Below are positions 13,901-28,000 of a stretch of 64,000 bases of DNA, in pieces. Numbering within the stretch: the stretch's first letter is position 1; every line of letters starts with the position of its first letter. The DNA comes from Octopus bimaculoides (taxonomy: Eukaryota): assembly GCF_001194135.2 (NCBI RefSeq), contig NC_069000.1, positions 45,932,134 through 45,996,133 of the forward strand. Direction: 5' to 3'. A program made the translations under genes and the position numbers. Below the pieces are notes generated by a model that was not told the origin of the DNA, did no database searches, and saw only the letters and a program-made list of their open reading frames with translations.

Positions 13901-16900
13901 ACTAATGTACCAGTCTTTATTGTTCGACTCGGATTGAATTTAGAATCATTTAGTTTTTGTGTTATGTGTTACAGAACATTCAATCTGCTTCCCTATGTTG
14001 TCAGCTTTTCTTGCTAAAGCCAGTCTGCATTTCAGGCTCAATTCCATTCCCTTAAAAACACGAGACTTAATGATCTTATTAAAAATTGTTGATCCCAAAT
14101 CATTTAACAGTTCAGTCTTCGTCTCTGAAGTAGATGAAAAGTTAATAATGAATCCACTGCTGTGGCCTTACATTTTATTCAGGGGAATATTTTACCTCGT
14201 TTTTGTACTTGATTTGCAAGATTCTTGATGGGAATTCCTGTGGTGAAACCCTTTCAGGCCACAACAATTCTTACCTCTTATCTACTTAACACCATCAGTT
14301 CAGAGCTTGATCCATCCTAGCTTTTGAAACCTCTTATGGTAAATTGAATGAAATCTAAACTGGTTAATAAATAGTCAGTACTTGGAACAGTTAATTCTTT
14401 TGAAGGAGTCAACAATTCTGTTGTCATTTTAGATCCTCTTAATATCATTTCATCATTGTCATCATCTCTATTTGTACTGTAATTACCACCGTCACATCTT
14501 ACTTCCATCATCATCATCATCATCTTGTTGTTAATGACTCTGGCTGTATCCTCTTCAGTATTTCCATTATAGGCATTGTTCTCTCATCATTGTTATTTCA
14601 GTCTTTCCACCTTCTCGTTAATTACGAGATAATGAGTTGCCTTAAATAATTCAAGATAACTAATAAAAAATTATGTCACACTATTTAACTTCATATTTTG
14701 ATACTTCTGTTTCTTGGGTGCCTTTGGCAACAGTCCACTGTGTTGCATTTAGGCCAAGCCACCGGTTAGAAAATAACTTCCTTCTCTTTTATTTAATTTT
14801 GTGGAAATTTTTGTGTTATATTCACTTCAGTTTATATTTCATCATTGGTTTAATCTCAAAAATGAGCAATTAGGGATTCGAGTTTATTTCTATTAAAAAT
14901 ACAATCACTTAAGTGTTCAATTTTCTTTTATAGTATTTTTAAAATTCATTTCTTTTATATCTTTATTTTTTAGCCTTTTGATAAAAACTGCTCCTTTTAA
15001 TTTTTAAACTCTTTCTTACTATATAATCTAAAAAAAAAAGGCCCAAGAACAACATAGTCTTAACTTCTAAATCTAAACTTTAACTGGACTAAAAAGTTAC
15101 TTGGTGATACATTAGCCTTGTGTGCTTTAAAAGATTTGCCTGATTATGAGTCTGGAGACTTTCAACTTGGGTGTTGGAAGTCAGCAGGACCATCAATTGG
15201 GAAGTTTGAGTTGAATACTTTGTATATTGACTCCAAAACCGTGTATTTGAGAGAGAGAGAGAGGTGGATGGATGGATATTCCAGTGTAGAATAAGAATTA
15301 ATGATTGGAGGAATTTTCAGTTGAATATTTTGTTGTTCAGAATCCCTCTTCCTTTTCTCTAACTGGAAATCTTTGGTATGGATATGGGAAAGAACAGATT
15401 CTATATAAACACACTTCCTCAAGGGAAGAAGTTTACAGGAGATGCTTGAAAAATGTAACCTGGTTTTCTAAGAGGAAGAGGAGGAATTAGTCTGTTGATG
15501 AAACTCCTCTAGAATTGGGTTATTGAGGAATTTGGTTTAGAAGAATTTTATTTCATTTGATTTGTATTTTAGTAAAGCTCCAGATGAATAAGTTTCTGCT
15601 TTCCATCCTGGTGTGGAATGAGAACATGGGGCAGAGCTGCTATGCATATGTATGGAGGAGGAAGACAACATAGTGGGAGTAATGAGTGTCATGTTTAAGG
15701 GAGGAGAGCACAGCAAAGATTTGTCCACTTGAAACCATCTTCTGCAGTCAGCAATATCCACAATGGCTGTCTTCAATATTAATCTCACATCCTTGTTGAA
15801 TCATCTGACTTTATTCATGGATTAGAATCTCTCTCACTCTCACAATCTAAGACTTAATGCCTCATCTCTTTTTTTTATTATTTATTTATGGATGTTGTTT
15901 GTATGGTTTCTTTTAATACTTTATTTTTCCCCTCTTTTTGAGCAATCTACTCTTCCTTTTAATTCATTTGTTTGGCATTTTTTTCATTCTAGCATGGGTT
16001 GGATGAATACTTGTCACAGAAATGTTTTACAACCAGATGCCCTTCCTGTTGCTAACCTTCACTAGTTTTTAATATCCTGGATTTCTTTTTTATTCATTGT
16101 CTTTCAAAACAGAGCTTCAAGATGATTTATTAAGAGGAAATACCAACTTAATATGCTTTGTTTCTTGTTGATCCACTCAACTGTAAATGAATGACCCTGT
16201 AAAGACTGGTTTCCCATTCAGGGGAAATGTGTTATCAGTCAATGATTATATACTGCAGAAACTGGGTAACCAACCCTATATGTCCTAGGATTCAAGGCTG
16301 TATTCTCTAGCGGTTAAAAATAATGATGATGAATTCCATTCACAGGGCATTAGTTGGCTTGAAGATTCAGTTGAAGACATTTCCCCAGGCTACTATGCAG
16401 GAAAATAGAACTCAAAATCGGGTAGTTCTACCTGCATTTCTCTCTCTCTCTCTTGAAAGCCTGAAAGCTATGTACTTGGTTCACCGATGATGTACCATGT
16501 CCAGGCATGTCTCTTAATTCTATCCTATTTTTATAAAGAACTCTGTCAGTACTTAAACAGAGGAATGTAAACCATTATATGTCTTCTATTTCAGATGTTT
16601 CTTTATTGATGAATTTCTCTAAAAATAATCTCTGACTCCTTTGTCAGTCAGTTCTTTGGTTCTGTTTTAATGTCTAATTGGCACTGATTTTGGTATTGAC
16701 TGAAGTTGTTTGAAAACAAAAAATGCCAGGTTTACAAAGATTCTATTGATTGAAAAGACTTGTCTGGAAAGAGTTGTTTCTTTTTGCAAATGACAGATTT
16801 TTTGTTTTCTTTTCAATGTTTGTTCTTATAGTAAACTACAAAATAACCAGTCTGGTGACTAAGATAAGGACACAAGGAGGAGCTGTATTGTAGCTGTAGT

Positions 16901-19900
16901 AACGTTACATGTTTATGTATTTTGGCATGAATGCAGCAAGCTAGCAGAATGGTTAGCACGTCAGACAAAATGCTTGGTGACATTTTTTTTCTGGCCTTAC
17001 TTTCTGAGTTCAAATTCTGCCGAGATTGACCCTTGCCTTTCATCCTTTCAGAGTTGATAAAATAATACCAGATAAGCATTGGGGTCACTGTCATTAGTTG
17101 TTCCCCCTCTTCTTAAAGTTGCTGGCCATGTGCCATTGAAACCATTATGTATTGTGATGTGTTTTACTTCTAAAGCTAATTGTTGGCACATTTTAAAGCC
17201 GTCGTTATATTTTCTGGATATTTATTCTGATGGTTTCTTTTCCATGTGTCTTGTTTCAGAGGAACAAAGAGGAGTCTGCCTTGTCTCAAATTAAAGAAGT
17301 AACTGGAATTGATGACATCAAGGTGATAACAAAAGCAATCAGGGCATGTTGTAACAAAGATGGAAAATACAATATTGAAGATGTCGTTACCATGCTTGTT
17401 CAAGACAGCTCAGAATACAATGTAATTATTTCAGATTTTCAGATATCTATCTAAAGCATAGAGTTAAACTTTGTAGAGATACCTGATGCCTAGTTTCTGA
17501 ATAATGACATTGTTTTCCTATCACATCTATTTGTTCTAGTCACCAGACCTTAATTCTTTGTGTTCATTTAAGGAATTGTTTTATAAATATTCTTTGTTTT
17601 TATCACTCCTCTTACCTTGTGCCAATATAGCTTGTAAAATGGAATATTTTAAACATTAAAAAAAAGGCAACTGTTTTTAACAGCTGAATTCCCTTCATAA
17701 AGTACACTATTTGTACTGAAACCCTTACTGTAGTCCCTTGCCCCATAAAGGCGCAAACATTCTAGCAGACCCTAATGCTGAGAGTTGATTGAAGGAATAT
17801 ACCTCTTTCCTTATTTATTACAATTAAACAACAGAGCCTCTACACTGTTGCTCAGCCTGCTAGAAATAAAAGCTAAGTCTACTTCATATCACACCATGCT
17901 GTTTTGAATAAGGGACACACTGGATAATGTAGCAGAAGGCGACATCCTAAGAAAATGTGGGAGGTTTGTTTGTCCTGGCTAACCTCAACAATAAGGTAAA
18001 GTACCATCTTAAAGGCCTCTCAACCATTACCAATATTTCTGAGCCGAGCTGATGCAGATTCACTAAACAATACAAGAGGGATTCTCTGTGTGGTTTGACT
18101 ACCTAGAAATAGTAGCCAAATCGCCCTTAAATCTCACATTTGATAGTGTTGTCCTAAGTAACTTTAATAAAACAGGATGGCTTTGGCTGGAATACTTTTG
18201 TTTGTAGGTCCACTCAGTCTGTTCACTTGGGATTAAGCAACAACATGAACATATCTATAAATTAATCTGTTTCTTCTGTTTTTGCTGCTAGGTCTCCAAC
18301 AATCCTTCTCAAGATTTACCCCAAACCCATTGTAATACTCCATGTGATGCCAAGGAAAATCAGAAAGGTGAACAACTCTTTAATTGCATTTTGTTATCAA
18401 TGAGATGTTTGTCTTTGTAATGTATCTAATATATCTGTTTTCTCTTCTAGCAGAATTCAGAATTGAAATTATTTTGTCACAGTTTAGAAAATATCGTGTT
18501 TGTTTGTCTGTCTGTCTGTCTAGCTGTGTGTTTTTCATTAAATATATTTTACACTGTTACATATTTAAGTCATAGTCTGTGGTAAATATTTGGTGGCAGT
18601 ATCTAAATGTATGATTATTCTGTGACCTGGGGAAGAGCTTATAGTTGGTGGTATGGCTCTTTTCTCTCAACTCATATTGTTCTCTCTTTCGCTCTCAGTT
18701 GTAGAGGGAACCAGTTATGTACCAGCTATGTTAATTTGTTTCGCTCATTTCTACTTATTTCACCATTTCAATTATATCTTGCCATTAAAATTTTGTTCCA
18801 AATACTTCAGCAAAATATTTTATTTCCAGAAGTGCTACCTTTTGGAATTCCACCCCTGCCAATATTTTCTCTACAGACATGAGCCTGCAGAAATATAAGC
18901 ATGCTGTTGTCAGTTGAAGTGTGTTGATACTTATGGTCAGTCCTTCACCTCTAACTGTCTAGGAGAGACCACACTATACATCCGTCTACCAGACTAAAAA
19001 AAAAAAAAAAAACTTTCAACAGAGTACTAGAGCACTTTTATCTGTAATTAATATTTGCCATAATTATTTGATGATAATTGCTAATTATGTAACTTTTCCA
19101 TTGTATGTTAAACTGATCCTCTGTTGCTAGTCTGGGAAATAGTGAATGTATTTTTAACTCCATAATGCACAGTATCTACAAAATAGGACAACAAGAAAAT
19201 TATATAATAGTCATAATCATCATCATCATCATTATTTAATATCTGCTTTCCATTCTGGCGTGGGTTGAACGGGTTGACAGGAGCTGCACCAGGCTTTGTC
19301 TGTCTTGGTATGGTTTCTATGGCTATTTGCCCTTCTTAATGTTGACCACTTTGCAGAGTGTACTGGGAGTGGTTGGCATTAAGAAATATTTAAATAGATT
19401 TTTTAACTGAATGCTTCACATTAATAGGTTAAATAGTGAGTTTTGATTTATGATCTTTTCAGGTGAGCTGTCTTATAAAATATCTGGGATGACTGGTGGC
19501 TGTGTGCCATCTCGGGAGCTATGTGCCACTCCACATTGATGTTTCAATTTGAGAGAGAGTATGTAACTGGTCGGGGATGAAATATTATTTCTTCAAAGGA
19601 AAAGAGCTGTGATATGGTGACCTAGAATGTGGTATAAAGGAGATAATTTAAAATTAAGTTATTAATTTATTAAGGAGTGACACATGGTTCTTGGAATAAA
19701 TAATACTTTAGTTTTGTGTGTGTTTGTATGCCATTTTTTTTTATTGTGTTGCTGTTCCTTTTCTGCTTGTTATGGGTTTCTGAGGACCATCATCTTTCTA
19801 GTTATAGATCTAACTAATGATAAGCAACAGCAGCAACAACAACAACAACAACAACAACAGCAGCAACAACAACAGCCTCAAGCTGCTGCAGACGGTTACG

Positions 19901-22315
19901 AGACTGAAGAGATTCGGAAAGCAATTGCTGCCAGCTTGCAAGATTCCACTGGAATGTTGGGTGGTCAAGTTACTCGCGAAGAACAGGACATCAGCCGGTA
20001 AAAATATTTTTAAACTTTTTCCTTCTTCTTCACTTAGATCATTGTTTCCTAAGGCCAGTTTATCTTGTGGCTTGAGCTTTTGACATAATTGAGTTAGATT
20101 GTAGCAATGACAAACATCTGAAGCTGTTGTGGAACAGGTTTTATTGAGACATGTTTCTTCTGAGGTTGTTAATCAGTTTTAAATGGTGATGTCAGCAACC
20201 TGTCTGTAATGAAAGTGTTACTTAAGTCCGATGTTGATCTTAATAACTTTTTTTCTGAAACCAGTGACATAACTATAGAGTATGGTGCATCTTCAATCCA
20301 TCACCACTGCTACCTTTGTCTGGTTCTTGGCTACCTTTAATGACAGTCACGCATACAAGTCTTATGAGTCATTAATCTAAAGTCAACACTATCACCAAGT
20401 CTTTCGTTAATGAATTTCACTCTGTTGCAAACTTTAGGACCAGGTATCCATGTTGAAGATGCTAACATCTTCTCTCTGTTCTCTTGCTTGTCTTGGAGAA
20501 CTTGTAAAAAGTTCATGAGCACTACTTTACCATCTCTGACTTTGTCTATATTCATATGGCTTTGTTAATGTCTTCCTGGGACCAAAAGCAAAAATTGATT
20601 TTTAATGACAAAAATACTAATTGAACCAGTATATCTGTTTTATTTCATTGTGTGAATGTGAAGACTTTCTGCTATGTCTTTTTTTTTTCCCATCCAATTT
20701 CTCAGAGTTCTTGAAGCCAGTTTAGCAGAAAGTAAATCTGGAACCAAACGGAAACGGAGTGATCTTTGGTTTGTTGACCCTTTGAATCCTCATCTACGTG
20801 AACGGGAGAACTGGTGTCCTGTAGGACTAAAGAATGTTGGTAATACATGTTGGTTTAGTGCTTTGATACAGGTAAGAACTGCTAGTATTGCTACAATGTC
20901 ATAAACACAAGACTTTACTAATTATTCTGTTTAGTGTTGACCATAGGTCAGTACACAGAGAGAGAGAGGTGGTTACAGAGTTAACAATCAATACCATGCA
21001 TGGCTTTGTGCTTGAAAATGCATTAGTTTCTAGTCATTTTAACTCTACTTTCATGGTTCACACCATTTTGAATCCCTATTAGAGGTGCTGTCTCAGTAGT
21101 TACCATCTTTACTCACTAGTGTCCATTCAAGGCAACTATTAACTACCATCAACTCACTGTAAAGCAAGAGTAAAGCTGTATGACTTTATAATAAATGTTT
21201 TAGATTGGTTCTGCAACTTCACAAATGAGTTTAGTTCTGGTTTAGAACATTTAGTCCCCCAATTTGTATATCAAATTAATATTCGAGGAAATAATAGTAA
21301 TGATTTTACTGTTAAAGGTTGGTTGGCAGAAATCCATCCATCTATTCCTGGAAGAGTTTTAGAGTCATCAGACACCTCCTTCATAAGGTCATATTAGAAA
21401 GAACTCGCATTGAACTTTGCTGCAGTATTTTTGTGTAATCAACTGGGTTTATGGATATTATCCAACCATCTTGCTCGTGATGAACCCCTAGGTCTCCTGC
21501 TGGCTGGCTTCGCTTGAAGAATCTGTCTTGCAATTTTCTCCTGCTGCATTCTTACCGCATGTCCATAAGACTAGATCAGATATGATACAAAAATAAAAAG
21601 TTGATCATTGTACCTGTTGATGTGTTGTTTAGATTCTGTTGGCATCAGCTTTACATCTACCTGTGGTTGATAAAGCAGATAGCAATCAATTGAAAGGTTC
21701 TCTGTTGTCTGTAAGCAGTCTGTTGTTGTGACTATTGTTTTAAAATATCTCCTTCATATTTCTTCTTTTTCAGTCCTTGTTCCATGTAAATCGCTTCAGA
21801 CATTTGCTGATAAATTTTCAACCTCATCCAAGGTCAGAATTTAGTGCTTCCAATCCTGCAGTAAGTATTATCTCATTTATGGCTAAAATGCTACAACTGC
21901 AAACACCAATATCCTTCCCGTTGCTGTTGTGATGGCTTGTCTCTTCGGGAAGCAACATTTACAACAGTATTGCTTGACAAAACTGTCGTGTTCTAATGGT
22001 TAACCTTGTTCAACATGGGTCAAGTGGTTAATGCCAAAGCACTAAATAAATACAGAGCTATGTATGTTGTATAACTGACAGCAATGACCGTCAGGAAAGG
22101 ATATTCAAGCTCAGCTCCGTGGGCTCTCATTCTCAGCCCTCTTGCACTGAAACGGTGTTATTCTTTGTTTTGAAAGTGCAAGAGAAATATTTCAGTGTAT
22201 GGTTCAAATGTTAGTATACTTTTAACTTTAGTCAACAAACAAACAACTTGCTGTAAAGTTTGCTTTGAAGTCTGGAACTATGTACAGCAATTTTGGAGAC
22301 ATTTGATACATTCAT

Positions 22316-22356
<41 letters not shown>

Positions 22357-22598
22357 CAAAATAAGCAACAATGATCCCTGTTGCTTATTTTGATTTTAAT
22401 CACCTTATTTTGAAATTGTATGGATAATTCTGTACTAAATTATGGTGCCTCAACTCGAGTACCATATTCATTTGGATCTATATATATATATATATATATA
22501 TAATAATAATATTATTAGGGACAAAATCCAAAATTACAGGTAAAAAAACTCAACTAAAATCAATTTATNNNNNNNNNNNNNNNNNNNNNNNNNNNNNN

Positions 22599-22635
<37 letters not shown>

Positions 22636-24985
22636 AAAATGCATTTCTAAATCTCTGATATTTATACAGTAGAAGCACGATAAAGTGATAGTATGTTGTC
22701 AACTTAGTGTCACAGTCCCATGAAAGGGAAGAATGCTACTGCTATTTAGCCCTAGGAAACACCGTTTTCTGTTGGCCTTGACACATTTCCTGTATCCTTA
22801 TGGTTTCAAAGGGGAGATAAGCACCTCCACCCAGCAAGGCCAGCATCCAGAGACTAGTTTCAGTCATTGCGCATCATTTATATATATATATATATATATA
22901 ACAAAGATATTGTATTCTACATGAATAGAAATATAGGAAAAATAGAAGTTGAAAATGCACTGAGAATTTAAAATAGTTTTTATTAAAATATTTGAAGCTT
23001 TAACCAGTTTCACAGTTTACACCAACTTTCAAAAGGTTCAAATAGAAAGATGTAAAAGCACCCACTACACTCTCGGGGTGGTTGGCATCCAGCTGTAGTC
23101 TGGGTTTATTAATCCAACCCTCATGGGATGCGCACACAGTGTTTTTGTGATCATAAAGTATATTTTGCATGTAGCTTGATAAACCTTGATTATCTAAGTT
23201 TGTGAGTGAATATTACTTTTGTTGAAATCAGGCATAATTTTGTCTATTACAGGAAACTCGTAGTCTCCGATTTACTGAAGAACTAAGAAACCTTTTCTCT
23301 TTGATGATTGGTTCGTATCGAAAGTATGTGGACCCTTCCAAAGCAGTTGAGATTTTGAAAGAAGGCTTCAGATCTCACATGGGAGTGTCAGATAGTCAAC
23401 AAGTAAGTTCTTTAATATGTCACGAACTGAGCGTTTAACCTTTCAAGTGTGTGTGTGTGTGTGTGTGTGTCACCACAGGTGTGCATATCTGCACATGTGC
23501 AGCTGTGTGTGCTTCATGTAAAGCATTCTTCACTAAGTGATCTGTAACAGGTAGATAACATGGTCTTACCTGCTGTTTGTGATGTCTGTTTGTCCATGTT
23601 GGTGTGGGTTGGACAAGAATTATTGAAGCAGCATTTTCTGGCCAGATGACTTTCCTGTTGCCAACCCTTGTTTTCCAAGTAAGGTATTTTAATTACACTG
23701 GTCTTCACACATTGAAGCTGCCAAGCTACAAAATGTGTTCTTTACAGGATTAAACAAGACATCACCTTTTACTCAGATGTCATGCTAAGACATGCAGAAA
23801 TATGCACACACACACACACTTTGGTATGTTACTGACAAGATTGTCTCCAAAAAGTTGAACATTTTAATTTTTGTAATTTAATTTTAATTTGGCTTCCCTC
23901 ATTCTCTTAGCATAGGTAAGGAAATACAAGTAAAGCAGTTTCACTGTTGTTTCATCTTCTTTGCTATTTTTTAGGACGTTAGCGAGTTCCAAGGCAAGCT
24001 TCTTGAATGGCTTGAAGATGCTTTCAGAAACTCACCGTCCACGCTAACAGAATCTTCTGGAAGTTTTTGTAGCAAGTAAGTTTTTTTTTTCTTTTTCTTC
24101 TTTCTCTTTAATTTTGTTTTTTTTTTTAACATGAAATGTTTGTTGTAGGTCTTAAGAGAAATGGAATGGGTCAATTAAAAAAATAGAAAAGAAATCAATC
24201 CAGGGCTGCTGATCATTTGGAACTGGAAAAGCATTGGACCAGATGCTTTGCAGTATTTGTTCCAGCTGTTAGTGTTCTGAGTTCAAATCCTGCTGTGACT
24301 GACTTGGATGATAGATTTAATCTATTACCCTGTCGAACAGCCCTACCTGGCACTTTGGGTACCTTTATTAGAAGCATTTGAGCTAGATCTGCAGTTTGTC
24401 AATATCTTCCTTCCTCCCGCCAGTTTTGGAGGCTGTGGATTGTCTTTTGGGGCAGTTTTTTTGTTGTTAAAGACATTGGGGATCCCACCTGGAACCCAGC
24501 CTAAACCAAGTGACTCTATTTTCTTACTGGTGTATAGTGTTTTGTTAATGCTATGAATTAGACTTGCTTTGTTTACAAAAATCCCCTTTAAAAATTATTT
24601 GCCAATGTTTGAAAGTAATTTATCTGATAAGTATGTCAGTGTTTGTGAATTTGAAACCCTGATACTTGACTATTCTGAGTCTTTTAACTGTACTTGCTAC
24701 AACTGTATCTGAATCTATTACTAAACTATTGGTTTTTGTTCCCTTGCAGAGATCCAAAAGAACAAACAAACCCTATGATTGAATTATTTTATGGGGGTTA
24801 CACTGAAATTGGCAATAACAAGGGTATGTTTGCTGGTTTCTTTACACTTGTTGTTATTGTTCATCTTTTTGATTAACCAGTTTGATGTTGTTCCTCAAGT
24901 TCAGTTCTGGGAAGGAGGAGGATATGAAGTGGTCAAACATAAGCATTTTAAAGGAAAGGCTTTATGTCATCTATCCTTTTGACCC

Positions 24986-25016
<31 letters not shown>

Positions 25017-28000
25017 ATTCTAAGACTGTGCAGTGCAGTCTTTGAGTAGAGCCCTCATTTCCAGCTGTCATATCCCCAAGTGAAGAATGGGAGCATTGAG
25101 GTGGTGTCTGTCTGCCTACAACTTTATAAGCACTCAAAACAGTCAGTGAAAGTGTGCTACAAGCTTCCTAGTTATACTCTCTTGCAGTTGACAATTAAGC
25201 TTATATGTATGAAGCTGTCGAGCAATGAACTAGAGCTTAACATAACGAGGTTTAGCTAATGAATTGTGCCGTTCTCTCTCCAAAGCTGGGCGTTTAATTA
25301 AGCTTCTCTCTATTTCTGTATTAAATTTCAGAGGATGATAATGTATTTTTACAGTTTAATTTAAATGTAAATGGTGTACGTGATGTCCATGAAAGTCTGG
25401 AGCAAGAGACCACTGGAGGAAGTCAGCCATGTTCTGAGGAATCACCTACAAAAGAAGTAAGTGAAATTGTTCTGTGTGACGAGAAGGATATCTGGTTGTG
25501 GTGGTATTGGCAATGGTGGCAGCATTCTTGTTGTTATTTTCTATGCTGGCATTGGTGAGATGAGACTTGTTAACAGCAATGTTTTCTATGATTGGGTCCC
25601 TTTCCTGACACCAACCCTCGTTTTGCTTATTAAGTACCTTACTCCTGCATGTCTTCACCCACTGAACTCCCAAGCTGCTGGTCTGTGAGTGACAGTGTCA
25701 CTGCTGCTCTGTGAGTGACAGTGTCACTGCTGCTCAAGTGGGGTCAATGTGAAGACGAGGATCTACGCATCTGTAGCTGTACATACATCCTTTATGACAT
25801 CTGCTTTGCTATGCTTGCATGAATCAGATGAGATTACATCAGAATAGTGTTCTATGGCCTGATACCAGCCTTGACTTGTTCCCAAGCAATGTAATAATTT
25901 CTCAGTCTGTTGATTAACAAACAGCCAAGGCATTGTTACATGAAGTACTTTGTTTGCAAAAAATCGCGGTTATGTCAAGAAGCCTGACACATGCCTTTGA
26001 GGTGGACTGTGAATGTATGACATCACCTGTATGTCTGTGTGGACAGTGAGGCTTCTGTTTAGTCAGTGAACGCACATGAAGATGAGAAATATGGACTCGC
26101 TCCAGGAAACACAACTCTCTCTCTCTCACACCGATCAGTTTTTGCCTAAGGTATTGGTCAACCTGTGTCTGTAGTAAAGGATACCAGTCTACAGTGTCCA
26201 CACAATTGGACTGAACCCCTGTCTATATGTATGGCAGGATTCTGTACAGTTTCCATCTATTAAATTTCATGCACAAGACATTGATCACCTGGAGACTAGG
26301 AAAAGACACTGACTCAAGGTGCCCAGGGAATTACATCTGAAACTGTTTGGTTGCGATGTGAGCATCTCAATACCATGTTGAGAAATTTCTGTCAATATAT
26401 TTAAATCAAGCAAAGGACAGCTATCTTTCCCCTTAACCCTAGCCTATTTCTTTTTTTGCTTTGTTTTTCATATATTGTAAAAAAAAAAAAAAAAAAACCC
26501 TTGTTTTTTGTCTTTTTACAGATTTGGTTCAACAAACTGCCTCCTATCATGACGTTTATGCTAACACGCTATGATTATAACAAACAATTACAACGGTCAG
26601 AGAAGCTACACAGCAAGCTAGAGTTTCCACAAGTTCTGTTTATGGATAGGTAAGCTGTGCTTTACTGTGAGATAAGTTGCAACCTTGTTACAGCAGTTCA
26701 TGTTACCCCTATTAGATAAGCTTTCTGCCATAATCATTCACCAGCTAGACAAGGTCTGTGTCGCATCCACCCCACTAGGCAAGATCTGTCACATTAAACC
26801 CGCGAGGCGGGATCTGTGTCGCACCCGCCCCGCGAGGCAGGATCTGTGTCACGCCTGCCCCACGAGGCGGGGTCTCTGTCGCGCCCGCCACAGTGGGCCT
26901 GATATATGCTATACTTATTAAACATAATTTGTGTTACCAGAATCTTATAAGATCTCTTCTCGAGCTGCTTGGGTTTCATAGCTGACTGGTTTACATTATG
27001 AATATAGGCCAAACAAAGCTGAATTGTTCCATTGACACATTTTGCAATTATGCAAATTTATGAAACCTATTTTATTTGTGCTGACCTGGAAAAATCGTTT
27101 TGTTATCTCGATTTCTTACACCATTATAATTGTTTGGGTGGTGAAGTTGTTTACCTTTCTGATTTGTTCAATATTAAGTTTATAGCTAACAGCACATATT
27201 CTGCTGCCTCTGACTGTTCCACTTGTACTAGATCAGCAAAGTAGGTGGCTTTAGCATCAACCATTGTGTTCTCTTGGTAAGATGTTCTGCTTCACTAAAC
27301 CTTTGTTCTAAGTTTAAATGTTTCTGGAGTTGCCTTTGCTATTCATCCACTCATGCTGCCTGCATGGATTCCTGTCACCCTCTGCCGCCACCCTGTTCTA
27401 TTATTTATATCTAGATCGGAAGCTTTGAGTCCTGATGAATCTTGCATCCGCCGATGGCACAACCCTGAATACCACTTCTGTGGATGTGCTTTAGTTACTC
27501 TTGATGAAGCTTGCTGGCCCTGACCCCTGATCTTCTTGGATTCCTCTGTTCAGCTTCAATGTAAAGAAGCATCACTGGCTCCATTGAGCTCTTCTTCTGT
27601 CTCTTCACATTCCATCATGCTGCAGTCCCATGACTTCACCATATCCATGGTAGGGTGTCTGAATCGGTACTATTCCTTGTCACAGGGTATGACTGTCACT
27701 CCATGAGGTATTTCCAAAATATCTGCATATCCTTTTGCAAGGTTAATAAAATAAATACTGGAGTCAGATTTTGTAATTTTGTGACAAATATTATTAAAGT
27801 GGTGAACCAATAGAATCGTTAGTATGTTGAACAAAATGCTTAGCAGCATTTCTTCTGGTTCATATCCTGAGTTCAAATCCTACCATGGTCAGCTATGATT
27901 TTTATGCTTTTTGGGGTTGTCAAGTACAAGGAACAATGATGTTAACACTCTCTTCCCAACCCTTTATTTTTCACATCCTTGTGTGTAATCCAAACGTTTA

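Noticed and set aside
26748-26895. CRISPR-like palindromic repeats, and the overlapping ORF 26685-26921
   Set aside because: Units are contiguous with no unique spacers, there are no cas genes, and it lies in a eukaryotic intron; the ORF is just the translated minisatellite.
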